Below are positions 19,122 through 31,548 of a stretch of 64,000 bases of DNA, one piece after another. The notes below the pieces were generated by a model. The model did not search any database. It saw only the letters and a program-made list of their open reading frames with translations, and was not told the DNA's origin. Made by a program: the position numbers and the translations under genes. This DNA is from Anthoceros angustus. Its lineage: Eukaryota > Plantae > Anthocerotophyta. Numbering within the stretch: the stretch's first letter is position 1; each line of letters begins with the position of its first letter. The stretch covers positions 310,001-374,000 of the forward strand of contig MU008160.1 in assembly GCA_010909165.1 (NCBI GenBank), written 5' to 3'.

Positions 19122-21276
19122 GCTCGTACCCGTTGCACAAGGGGAGAATGTACGGCTCAAATGGCAGGCAGGCAGACTCCAGGCTGGAGCCTGATGGCCA
19201 GATTGATGGGTCCATGTGCATCCAGCAGAAACCAGTCCAGTCTGCAGTACATCCTGCGAGAATTGGCGATGGGCCCGGGGAGTCGTCATCGATTATGCTG
19301 CACAGCCATCATCATCGCCGGGCCATCATATCCCGTCCCTGTATTTACTATTTCATAATTCAGACTCGTTTAAGTTCAATGCTCGTATAACGCGCGGTTA
19401 ACTGACCGCGGTTAGCCTAACCGTGGTCGCAGGCATAGGATTCGAAGATGGCGACCGTTTCTGCAGGTCATTCATGGCGAACGACTTCCAATACTCGACG
19501 GTCAGCATTCGTGCAATCCTCCCTCCAGTTCATTCAATTTCCGCTCCGTTCCGGTCGTGAAACGTTAACACGCCTGCCATCCGCATGCGCAGCTTGTTGG
19601 GCGATAGCGATGGCGATGGCAATGGCAATGGCGATCCATGTTGTCCCCATCTTTGATTCGCGATTTCCGTCCGCCCTCAGGATGCGCTCGCACGGAGCGT
19701 CCTCAGCTTGGCAGGCTCGTGGATTACTATGGAGTTTTGCGCCTTGACGTTTCCTCTCAAGGTGGGTAGCAATGCAGAAGCCTGGCTATGGCGGAGGAGT
19801 CACAGAGACGTCAGGACAGGAGGGTGTAAAGTGCAAACCTTGCTGGGAGCTGTTGGGACCTTGCTGGTCCGCATGCCGCATTCCCCTTGGAGCAGTGGAG
19901 CTTCATGTGTACATTTGTAGTTAGCTAGCTGCCTTGTCTATTCCTCTCTGACTTTGTCTGCCTGGAAGAGAGCGTGATCTGGCACGCTGGCGACAGTCCT
20001 GCGGTGTCCTTGCTCTGCTTGGTTTTGGGTGCGAGCTGCTGTTTTCTGGTCCCGTGCATTTGGTCTAGGGCTGGTCAGTGGTCAGTGTGTCACTCAGTTG
20101 GTGAGCGGCGTGCGGAACATCTGCTATCAGTTTAGCTTTGGGCAGGTACGTCGCAGAAAAGCAGGCAACGGGGAATGTGGTGATGCCGGGCTTGCTGTGA
20201 CTCTGCCCAACTCCAGCAGCTGCCTGGAGAATTCCCGGACGGCAGGCTAGCATTGCAGGCTGGAGTCCGGGGTGCCTCGTTAGTCTCTCTCTCGTTCTCC
20301 TTGCTTTTCACGCCAGAGTGCAACGAATTCCTTCGGTTTGTGTGAGCTTATCTGGCCTTACAACAGTGTCCTCTGCTCCGTGTTCCAGCTGCTGCTGGGC
20401 CTGCTATCTTCTGGGCTGCGATGAATTTGTGAGGTTTCAGACTTGACTGGCAGCGGCCACATCTGTGGTGCCGTCGCTGGTCCACCTCGGCGGAAGTACC
20501 TGACCTTGTGGGTCCTGCCTTCTTGCATCGGACTGCAGCATTCTTTGTCGTATTCAACTCACCCCTCCGGCCACCTCTGTCGTCCACACTCTCTCTCCCA
20601 ACTTTTGAATCAGTCCCTGTTCTCACTACTGCCCGACAGCAGATCTTCTGCCCCTGCTTCCCAGTCTCCTGCCGTCGCACCATCTCCTGCCGTCTCTCCT
20701 CATCTGCTTTCCATCGACGCTGTATGTGTGACCAGTGCTTGGTACCTGTAGCTGCAGCTTGGTATTTTTGCTTGGTAGTAGGAGGCTGCTGGGACCAGTC
20801 GTGGAATTGGTACAGCCTCTGCCTTCTCCCGAGACCAGAATTTGCTGTTCATGTTGTGGGCTATTTCTATCAGGCGCTTGGGTGGGCGGGCGGAGCTCGT
20901 ACTGCAGCAGAGTGCTGTGTAGGAATAGTTGTCTCGAAAGTGGTCCCACCTGGGTCGCCAATGCGTGGTCTTGCGGGCCTCCCCGCAATGCGAAGAAGGC
21001 TGCAGCTCCGAGTTCGCTTCTTCTAGGTAGGACTCGCAGCTGAGGAAATGCGTGGCTGGAATAGCTGCAGAAAAATTCTTGCTCTTGCAACTGGGATGAT
21101 TTTTGTACTGGGTTGTGTTGGGCGTCCGGGATCGCAGCTTTGTGTTGAAGGCTGGGCCAGTGAAGTGGGTGGGAGATGGCGTCATGTCGTGAAGTAGTGT
21201 GTGAAGTGCGTATTGGGTGACTAGAAAGCTCTCGCAATGTGCAGGGATTTGTTGTGGGGTAGATCAGCTTGAGACC

Positions 21277-24200
21277 ATGCCTCTCGTAAGGTATGAGATT
21301 AGGAGCGAGCATAGCTTGGCAAATCCGGACTTGTACCGGGCAACGAAGGATGAGCCAGAGGGACTTTTGGAAGGTGTTGCCACGGCAGGCCTCGTTGGAA
21401 TAGTCAGGCAAATTGGTGATCTGGCAGAGTATGCATACTGCCCCTGGAATGAAGCCCAAAATGGAGCTGAGGAAGGGTCTCTTTGCGTGCTTGGTATCGC
21501 GTTTGGTGATTGTATTGTTGCCGGTGTTGCAGATTTGCAGCGGACATCTTCCGTGACCTTCATGAAGAAGTCATGGCGGTTTCTGCGAAAGGGCATGATT
21601 TGGCCATCCGAGTGCAGCAGATCGAGGCGGAGATGCCGTCAATTGAGAAGGCATTGCTGTCTGAGACGAACCAGCTGAAGTATGCATACAACGCAGGTAA
21701 AATAGCTCGCTCTCACGCTTGTCTTGCTTCTCCGTCCATGTCAGCTTCCATGCATGATGCTTTGGGCTCTTCAGGTACCGAGTGGCATGCGAGCATTCGA
21801 ACCGATCAAAATCACTGCACTCAAGGAGATCTACCTCGGTTTATAAGGAATTCGTACGAGGAATGTAGAGGACCTCCAAGGCTCTTCCTGTTGGACAAGT
21901 ATGTTGAATGTGTCAAACACAGTCTTAATAGCTTCCTTCAAGTTCTGCTGTGGCTCCATTGTCCTTCAAGGATACTGGGCTATGGAATCCGTCTGTCCCA
22001 ATTCAAACAATCTCTAAATTCTTTGCCTCCTACGAGAGCAGGTTTGATGTGGCCGGTGCTGGAGCGTGTTTAAAGAGGTACACCGACCCATCTTACTTCA
22101 AGACAGAGTGGGCTACCTCTGAGCTCATGAAAGCAGAACGTGAACAAAAGGCCAGAAAGAAGGTACTTTCTCAGCTCGTACTTATGCCAGTAGAGCTGCA
22201 GGTTCCTCAACAGCTTGGCGTCCCTGATTTTCTTGCTTCGTCACTGTGCTGTAGAAAAAGGGTAGGCGTCGGAAGGACAATCCTAACTCTGTGGACACTA
22301 TGCCTGTCACACAGATAAATTCGAGGTATTTAGTTCACCTCATGCATCCATTCCCGTTTATGCAGTGGGTTGAGATTTTTTTGATGTACAAGGTTAGGCT
22401 CACGCTGCCTGTCCTTGATTCTGTAGAGTGCGCTATTCTTCACGAGGTGTTGAGACAGATGGCCCTCCAGGACCTTCTGCCTCCTTAAATTCTGAATATT
22501 TATCAAAGCAGTCACGGGAAGCCCAACCCCCCAGTCGAAGACCAGAAGCAGAGACGCAGACAAGGGTAGCTCCACCAGCTCGCCGAGGTACAGAATCAGC
22601 TTCCAAGACGGAATATTTAAAACAGCCCCGGTTAGGTCTGCCTCCTGGTCGAACTATGGAAATTGGGGGTGGAAAAGGATCTGCTAAAGCAGAGCAGCAG
22701 GGTAAGACATCAAAAGATGTGCCCCAGTGACTAAAGGTGGGAACAGATGCTCTGGCCAAACGTCAAATTTCTCCAATTCCAGAACAGTTAGCATTGCAGA
22801 TAAGGGAAACCATTGCAAGAGGAGCTGGTGACAACTCCCAAGTTACATCTGCAAAGTTGCCTCCATCAAGACATACAAGGCAACCATCTGGATCTGATAC
22901 TTTAAGTTCTCCGAGTGTAGTGTCCGCAGTCCAGGTGGACGAGCCACTCAAACTCAATGCGAAGGAGATTGAAGCTGAAACACTGTCTGGTAGATTTGTG
23001 AGGGTCCACCCAAAATTAGATTTGATTTCAGAAACAAATGTGGCTAACTCAAAGGGCAGGTCAGCAGATTTTATCAGGTTGACGACAAAGCTCAGTCGAT
23101 ACCTCCATTGGATCGACCGACTGGGCATGAGCAGGTCCAAACTTCTACTAATGACGAGCAGGAACTGCTTGTCAAGCCCCTATCAAACCGCTTTGAGAGC
23201 CAAGGAGTAGAGCAGATTCCACCAGCAGATGCAGCAGAAGATCTTACAGGTGATGCAGATCACTTTTTGGATGCACTTGCAACCATGGAGTCAGACGGGG
23301 AGACAGATGCAGAACCCAGGACTTCTGGAGCACAGCCACCTCTGGACGCTCAAGCTACTTCTGCTCCCAGCAGCCAAGATACTGTGGTTCATAAAACCTT
23401 GACAAATGAAGAGGACTCAGAGACACACGCTGTCGACAGTCCTAAGGGAATTGCGGCCCTGGATACAGAGGCATCAGCAAACAGCCCGGCAGACTCATTG
23501 GCATCTCCAAGACCAACTACCTTTAATGAGGCCCTTCCATCACCTTCACTAACTGTGGATTCTTCTGAATTGATGAGTCCGTCTAGTGAAGGGACATATT
23601 TAGTTGACGAAGGTGAAGAGTCCGTCTTGACTCCAACAGGACAGGGTCTAGCAAGGGTTGCAGAGGAGCTGCCTAGTTCCAGTGAAGCAGCCTTGCCAGG
23701 TGAAGTCCAGCCCGGCTCTAAAGTCAGTGAACCGTTGATTTCGAGTGGAACAGCTCAAGGACCTCCATCCTCTAGTACCCAGTTTGCTATGCCTTCTAGA
23801 CAGCCGCCAAGTCCACCTAGTTTTAGTAAACCAGTCATCTCTCCCAGAGAGGTTGTAGGACCTCCCAGAGATGCAACTGGATCCCTTGTCAACAAGATTC
23901 ATCTACCCGCAGTTGACCCACCAAGTCCCTCTGGGACAGTCGTAGTGCTTCCTTCACCTGTTAATGCTCTGGGCTCTCCTTGGGATCTCGTAAGTCCAGC
24001 TGGGTCTACATCTGACCTCTCGTCTCCTCGGAGGTTTGAGGGTTCTGCTAGAGAAGTTTTGAGTCCCACCGCATCTAACGCCTCTGGAGAAGATCTTGCA
24101 CCCAAGTTAACGAGCCCTGATGTAACCGCTGAAATTGCGTTGCCTGCAGAGGACCTGCCAACGGTTCTGAAGCCCCTTGGCAGCGAGTTGTTGAGTCCCT

Positions 24201-25941
24201 CTAGAATTGGTCCTCCTCTTTCTTCTCCAAGCACAACTGTGTCAGAAGAAGCTGCTGAAGTTGTGACAGAGTTACCTGCAGTTAGCTCTACTCCAGAGAC
24301 GTCCCTGCCAGATGAGTACCATGATATGACAGCAAGTTTGAACAAGGACCAAGGAGGTGGTGGAGACTTGAAAGAAGCTGTCGGTACAGATGTTGCAGAA
24401 CAGGAGGTGAAGGACGGAGACGCAGAAAAACCCGAACAACTCACAGAAGGTGACCAGCTGGCTGAGGAAGTATTGTCCCAGGACTTTGAAGGTCACCAGG
24501 ACCAGCACATCACAAAGGAATATCAGCTAAGGCGGAGGAACTGACTGCTGGTGTAGCAGATGAACAGGTCACCCATGAAGAAGAGCTCTGCTGTTGACCC
24601 CTTCTCCATCTGCTCTCATCGGAAGACGAAGTTGAGGAGGAACTGGATGAGGAGCTTGCTGAAGCTGCCAGATCTAGCCGTCTGTCTCCTCCTCGTGCCC
24701 CTCCTCCTCGTGCCCCTAGTCCTCCCGTTCCTCCAAGTCCTCCCAGTTCTCAAAGTCCGAAAGCCCATAAATTCTCGGTGTTAGATCCACTGTCCCTTTC
24801 TGACACTGAAGCCAATGATCCTGACCTTTCCCCTGGAGGAAGTGATGGATCATCTCCCAAGTCTTCTATTTTCAGTGCCTCCATTCACCCATGTCTCCCC
24901 ACTCCATGGTCGAAAGTTACTGGATTCACCAGGGTCTCAGGTGCCAGGAGCTTTCGTGCCTCAGATGTCTTAGATCCTACATCCCCGACCCATAGTCCAA
25001 GACCGGAACTCCAAAGATCACCAACTGCGAAGTCATTACCGGAGATAATGCCGCCAGTTCCCCCCTTGAATCCTGGTCAGTGGCACGAGAGGAAACCGAG
25101 TATCCCTTTAGAGTTCGGGAGATCTCCTTCTAGAAACCCTCCTCCTCCTCCTCCTATTCCCTCGACCCGGACTAAACAACCCTCTCCACCTCCTGCACCT
25201 ATGCCAACGAGGCGAGCCCCAATTGCAGGTGAACAAGATGCACTCATGGATGCTATTGCTGCACATGACAGAAGCCAGGTAGGAGGCGGTGAACGGTTTG
25301 TACCTACCAGTGTCATTCCGCAATTGACCCTTCCTATGCTGCCCAATAGTGCAGATACAATCCATTCATGTCTCGTTTTAAAATGCTGGCTCCCCCCATC
25401 TTACGCTTGATGCAGTAGTACTTCACTTGTTCCCATGCAAGCTCTACTCACGGCTGACTTCCGTTTTCTGTCGTTGATCTCTGCAGCTACGAAAGGTTTC
25501 TCTCCCATTGCAGGCCTCCCCAAGCAGGAGCTCTCCAACCCAAGATAGGGAAGGCCTTCTTCAGCAAATAAGGTCGCAGGTTGTGAGCTGAACTTTCCTG
25601 TTTGCCCATCTTGCTGAACTTTCCTGTCTGCCCATGTTGCTACATAATCATGTTCGTGCTACGAGCTTGCTCCTTCATTGTCACAGTCATTCAGTTTGCG
25701 GAAACGAAGTCTTCCCCAGGGTGCAGCCAGAAAGCTTGCAGCGTCCGGTGACAAACATAAACGTAGCAGCCATACTGGAGAAGGCCAATGCCATCCGTCA
25801 GGTAAGGGTTCTTGCCAATGCAAACTTTTGTGACTCTCCTCGTGTTGGAGATACATGGTGACTGACATGGAGTCGTGCCAGGCCTTCACTGGAAGTGACG
25901 ATGAAGACGACGAGGATGACCGGTGGAGTGATACAACGTAG
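21277..25941 (+). CDS. SCAR: SCAR/WAVE family Arp2/3 activator
   Basis: SHD domain [20 protein letters not shown]...[35 protein letters not shown]; long acidic/Pro-Ser middle with apparent indels near 24.5-24.8k; poly-Pro; WH2-like and [13 protein letters not shown] segments; acidic tail [15 protein letters not shown]. Confidence 0.93.
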
Positions 25942-26233
25942 CAGAGAATGAGGCAAACCGTCTTGTTCTTTAGCTCAGTATTTATATAGGCAGCCACAAT
26001 TCTTTCCTCTCAGGTCCTCAGCTTGTGCCCGTGAAGATCATTCTCACAGCCTGGCTGTTTGGGAGCGGCTTGTACCACTTACTTCCTAGATTTCTGGATT
26101 ATTAGGCAGAAACTGCTGTAGTGTAGGTGGGCTGCTGCGGCTATCGCCAAGGGACTCTGCTCGCCTCGCGAAAGCCCTAAGGTGTTGAGCATTTTGAATG
26201 AAATCCCTGCTGAAATGCTGTGATGGTTCATCC

Positions 26234-27277
26234 ATGGCCATGTCTTCGGCAGTGTGCATCTCTTCCTCTCCCGTCTTCCCTTCCTTCTCCAGGGCAGACG
26301 CATTCCAAGCAAAGGGCAACTGGATTCCTGTGCGTTGCTCGGTGAGTGATCGAGAGAGCAGGCCAAGGTTGCATCTTCCGTGCTCTGAACCGGGGTGTGG
26401 AGGCAGGAGATCCGTGCAAGACGGATGTCGCCGCATTTCAGCCTTGCCATTGGGAGCCAGTCCAGCCGATGGCGAGGAATCAGAGGATGCAGAAGGGGGA
26501 TTGGGGGAAGGTGCCGTGGTGTTCAAGCGCGGCGCAACTCGGCAGCACTACGAGGTGGAGAGCTCGCTGGAGAGCTTGGGGTTGCCGGCTCTGTCCTCGG
26601 AGCTCTCCAGAACAGCCGCCATTTCAATGGGCCTGAAGGCGGCAGAATCCGACTCCGCCACCCCCGTCTCCATCTCCTGGAACGTGAGGAAGGAGGGCAG
26701 GGATCTGCGGCTCAACGGAGTGGCCAGAACCGCCATCTCCGCCATATGCAACAGGTGAGTGTCGGGTTGTTGCTGTGCAAGCCCTTGCAATGCAGGACGG
26801 GATAGGGAGGATGGAAGTGCAGTGAATGTGCGTTCTTGTGTTGTGTGTGTGTGTAACAGATGCTTGGCTCCGATGGCGGAGCGGATTTCTGGAGAGTTCT
26901 CCCTTCTGCTGACGGAAAAGCCTGTGGAGGAGCCGACACAGGAGAAGCTGGGGGTGGTGCTGGGAGCGCTGGGGCAGGGGCAGGACCTGGATGAAGAGGC
27001 GCTCGGCATGCTGGACCTGGATTTGGATGACAAGATGCATTTTCCGCGGGAGGCGTCTCAACTGGACATCTCCAAGTACATCCGAGACACCGTGCATTTG
27101 GAGATTCCAGCCAAATCGATCTGTGTGGAAGCTTGCAAAGGACTGTGCCTGAGCTGCGGGGTCAACCTCAACAGGTCTTCCTGTAAGTGCGTGCTGAAGG
27201 AGAAGGACGATGGCAGGTGGGATGCTTTAGAGCAGCTAAGGAAGCAATTGCGGGAGCAGGAGGGGAGGGCGGATTAG
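26234..27277 (+). CDS. YceD: DUF177/YceD-family large rRNA accumulation protein, plastid
   Basis: Transit-like N-terminus; CNR/CL split by intron 26755-26859; LDISKYIRDTVHLEIP..ICVEACKGLCLSCGVNLNRSSCKC...RWDAL. Confidence 0.9.
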
Positions 27278-27892
27278 TGACTCGTGTTTGCTCATTCCCG
27301 CAAGTACCCCGCTGTATCCTTGAGTTGAGGATACCTGTGGTTGAGGCTCACCTTGTTCTGCTTCCTCTGCACTTGCGGACTGAAGTGTCATCGTAGGGTC
27401 CTTGTCCTCCTTGGATATTCAAGCCACAAGCTGAGGGCTGAGGGCTGAGGCTTGAGGAAGAGTCGGAGGACTGGGATGGATGGAAAATTCGTGGCTTAGG
27501 CGCTGGGATGCTACAACGGCAGCTGGTCTGGATGGGATAGACCAACTAGGATAGTGGAGGCCTCCAATGTGAATGCAACTCAAGCTTGATTGATAAAGGG
27601 AATTATGGAGCAATACCACCGGGACTGCCGGGCAATGCCTGCTACATTGAGCGGGCAGGCTTCTTCCGCCCATATCCAAGCTTCCTTATTCCGTTTGACC
27701 CTGTTTGACTGACTCACCGAATCTGTCCAACATCAACACCCATGAGGAATCTCGTCTGAAATACCGTGCCATTTTGTGCGCATTCCACAAGAAATGCCAA
27801 ATGTTAACCTTCTTGGACCTCTGTTTAAGTAGCCTTTCGAACTTACGAGCTCTTTAGTAAGACAGGCTTGTTTGTAACGTATTTTCTGAGAG

Positions 27893-28414
27893 ATGATGAA
27901 ACGCATTTTCCAGTACATTATTTTGGTTTTGGTACTATTGTGGCGTTCTGCAGATCAAGACCACGTTGATGCACTTTGTGTGCCTGATGAACTGCCTGAT
28001 GAATCGGATTGGGCAGTCATCTTTTATGCTTTTGCAGAATGTACCTTGATTTCAGCATCCTTGTTTGGAAATAGTGGCAATTCTTGTGGGTCATGTTATG
28101 ATGTTGGGAGTGAAATCACCAAAGCATCTGCTCAAATAATAATAAGGCCTGAGTCTTCAATCTCATTAGTTTTTTATGAATTAAAATCTTGCAATGGCAA
28201 TGTGAAATTTGTCGCTCCACAACCGAAGAATGATGGTCCAAATCTTTCACAAGCTGAGGATGCACCACCAAGACCTTCCAATCTACCTCCAAATTCTTTC
28301 TTTGTGAAGTGTATAAGAAATGTTGGACTTCCAAATCCAGGTAAATATCCAAGTCCGTTTTCAAAGCTTCCATGGCAAAAAACAGGCTTTATGAAAATAA
28401 ATTGGGATGTTTAG
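27893..28414 (+). CDS. Orphan 173-aa ORF with signal-peptide-like N-terminus and 6 Cys
   Basis: Uninterrupted 522-bp ORF in AT-rich DNA; MMKRIFQYIILVLVLLWRSA (basic then hydrophobic); Pro-rich C-terminal half; no recognisable family. Confidence 0.4.
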   Translation: MMKRIFQYIILVLVLLWRSADQDHVDALCVPDELPDESDWAVIFYAFAECTLISASLFGNSGNSCGSCYDVGSEITKASAQIIIRPESSISLVFYELKSCNGNVKFVAPQPKNDGPNLSQAEDAPPRPSNLPPNSFFVKCIRNVGLPNPGKYPSPFSKLPWQKTGFMKINWDV

Positions 28415-28849
28415 GATGACGGACAATTCATATTTATTCTCATCATTCAATAAATATTCTCTTTGTATCATCTACTTTTAGGAAGAAATATTATCTACAC
28501 CTATTTACATGTACTATAATAATACAAGTGAACTATCAATGTAAGAAGAAAACATAATTATTTGATATGTATAAAAAAAATTCTTTCTTTGATGTTATTG
28601 AAATCCATATAAACAATAGGGAACCTAAGATTCTTTCATTCCATATATTTCCTTAATGTGAACACATTCTACAGTATCTGCGTGATTTATGCGGAGAGGT
28701 GATGTACCAATTCTTCATACATTTTGAGTACATGCTGATTTCAAATAAACATTGCAGAATATACTATAGCCACTTAACAATAGAGTTTTTAATCTCATCT
28801 CTTAATTTTTTCGCGCGATACTTTATGACATATATAAATATAAATAAAT

Positions 28850-29135
28850 ATACATGGAGACTTTATAAATATGCAGAGATGAGAAGTCCCATATACACCA
28901 TGGCTATGGGGAACAGCCCTCTAGAGGGTCCTGGGCTAAGGGGGACTAGACCCCGAATGATTACTTTGAACTTACCTACAGCTCCGAGGATGTCATAGTT
29001 TAGAATAGGGAAGGGCCTATTGACCATCGGAGCTGAAGATGTTATGTTCATCACCTTCAAAGTTGTCTTGAAAATTGCGTTTGGCAATAGCCTTTGCAGA
29101 GCAATTGATGCTCGTTGCTGGAAGAAAACCACCAC
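28850..29135 (-). mobile_element. 3' remnant of an RLE-type (CRE/NeSL/R2-like) non-LTR retrotransposon
   Basis: VFFQQRASIALQRLLPNAI resembles the C-terminal F-QR-S-ALQR-NA motif of RLE-bearing elements; followed by a 3' UTR-like segment also present at 1097-1200 and, more diverged, 60952-61042. Confidence 0.5.
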
Positions 29136-29138
29136 ACA

Positions 29139-29340
29139 GGAATGTCATCAATACCTATATAAATTTCTTATAAGCTCAAAGAAATCTTTCTTATCTAGAT
29201 TTGAGTCTCTAAGAGTCCAAATCACTTGTGTTATAGTAGGAATGTCATCAATACCTATATAAATTCCTTATAATCTCAAAGAAATCTTTCTTATCTAGCT
29301 TTGAGTCTCAAAGAGTCCAAATCACTTGTGTCATAGTAGG
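29139..29340. repeat. About 100-bp tandem duplication
   Basis: aggaatgtcatcaatacctatataaatt...gagtccaaatcacttgtgt(t/c)atagt occurs twice. Confidence 0.9.
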
Positions 29341-31548
29341 TTCATATGTACATCTATTTCTATGATAAGTACTACAGAGTAGAGGTTGTTTTAGAGGCTT
29401 TATGGCTGGTCTGGTGCCGAATAACTCCATTGAGAGAGTCCAGCCCGCGCTCAACAAAAGGCCAACATTGTTTCTCACTCAAGCCACAGTAGTGGTGATT
29501 TGCCCGCCTAGTATGTGGCTTAGTGATAGTGAAGGGCTCACCTAAATGGATCAATGATAGTGATATAGGGCAACAGTACACTCGACCCGGGAAGGTCAGT
29601 GAGAGTAATTCAGTGCACTGAAGTGGCACCCCAATTGGGACTTGCCTACCCTAGAATCACAAAGTCAATGAAATCTCATTACTAGGGTGCTTTTTATCTT
29701 GCGACTTAGTTTTTTTCTTGCTGAAAAATTTGTACACACTTTATAAAAAAGAGATATTACAATATAGTTCATCAAGGGAGTGTAATAAAAGGAGAACAAG
29801 CTTAGTTTTTCCTTGCTGGAAAAGTTTGTACACACTTTATGAAGAAGAACATCATCAAAGGAGTGTAATAAAAGCAGAACAAGTATATGAAATGTGTGAA
29901 ATGAACCTCCAGGAGGCAAACAAAAGGAACTCTCGGCCAACAACCTAAGCAAAGGAAGACTCAAAAAGACCCAAAAAGCGATAGAGATTGCACTGAGTCA
30001 TCCTAAGCATATATTCGCAAAGTTCTTATTTTCTCAAGCTTTGGTCTAAACTCCCCTGAATACACCAAGCATGAAATTTATGGTACTCAAATGATCTCTA
30101 AATATGGAAACATAGACGAAGAAAGAAACAAAAAAGGAAGGTACATAAATAGTGGGAACAGGTCAAATCCTAGAAGAGAAAAAAAAAAAGGTGATATAAA
30201 AAAAACAAAAAAAAACAAGAAGTTATTTTCGTCTTTATGGCTTATCAGCGAGTTATTGATGATAAGAGTTGGTAACAGTGATCCATGCCTTAACCAAAGC
30301 TCTAATACATGAACATACCAAGGTAGTTTTGTACACTCCACATGCCACCCGTGTGTTCTGTAAGAGTGTCGATCCAACCTTATGACATAGCGTTGCCACT
30401 TGAACTTCAAAGAAAATTAGTAAAAGAATAAATTACCTAAAATATATTAAAATTTTATAAATAAATAAATAAATTTTCAATCTCATACTTTTAGGTTCTT
30501 TGAGCCCTGATACCTTGAACTAATTACCAAATATACTAGACTAGTATTAGTAGAATATTGTATATCATCGATATTAAGTGCATAATCCTCGATATTATAC
30601 TATACATGTAGTGTTCCTACATACCAAATTGTGGTGCCGAGTAAAGCTAGGTATTGAGATATCTTATTAGGAGTAGTTGTGTGCTGTGTGTTGTGGTATC
30701 TTTTTAAGTTTTGTGAGTTTGTTGTATTGTTTATCATAGATTTAATTTATCCTCTTCCATGGTTTAACCCTTGCGAGTTCAGATGGAAGCTTGATAGCTG
30801 TAGAATTTCAAAGTGAATGCTTGCAAAAGACGACCAAGCTTCCGTGATTTCGTAGCACTTAGCTCTTGCTAAGTTCTACGAATGGGCGGAAGCTTGGCCG
30901 TCTCATATCTGCACATGGAGAATCAACGCGCGTAACACATTAGCGGGACTGACCCTCATGCGGCTTGTTTTTCTAATTAGATTTCTACATACAAGCAGAG
31001 CTGCATTTATGCCGGTGTTTTCGCATGAGCATCGACCCGACGCGACGATCGGCTCCCGTTCTTTCACTGCGATTCTTCTTACAATAGGCATTTCAGTCTG
31101 GTTTGTTATCAATTCTCAATCACATCCTTTGTCTTACCCTACAAACGATCCGGCAGACTGTGCGCAAACCCATGAACCAAAAACCAGACTCCCATCCACA
31201 CCGGAATCCCATTACACAACGAAATCGACCTCACTGAGGCTTGAAGGAAACAGGAGCGGGCAATCCCGCTTCTCAAAAAAAAAAAAGCGGTTTTCTGCCG
31301 CCGTGCCCTGATCCCCTGATCACCATGGGCAGACTGCAGCCTTGGCGAAACCAGCCTTATTAGAATTATTCGTGTAGAAAATTAAGTAAACTGACTTAAC
31401 CTTCATTAACTAACGTCATACTCGAACAGCCCTAAACCTCGACTGGCTTTCGGTTTGTCGCTTTGCAGTGCGAAGGAGGTGGAGGATGGCGTCTGCGTAG
31501 CGCTTTGCAGACTGGACTCGGCCTTCGGGGCCTCCGTTGGGGGGAGGG

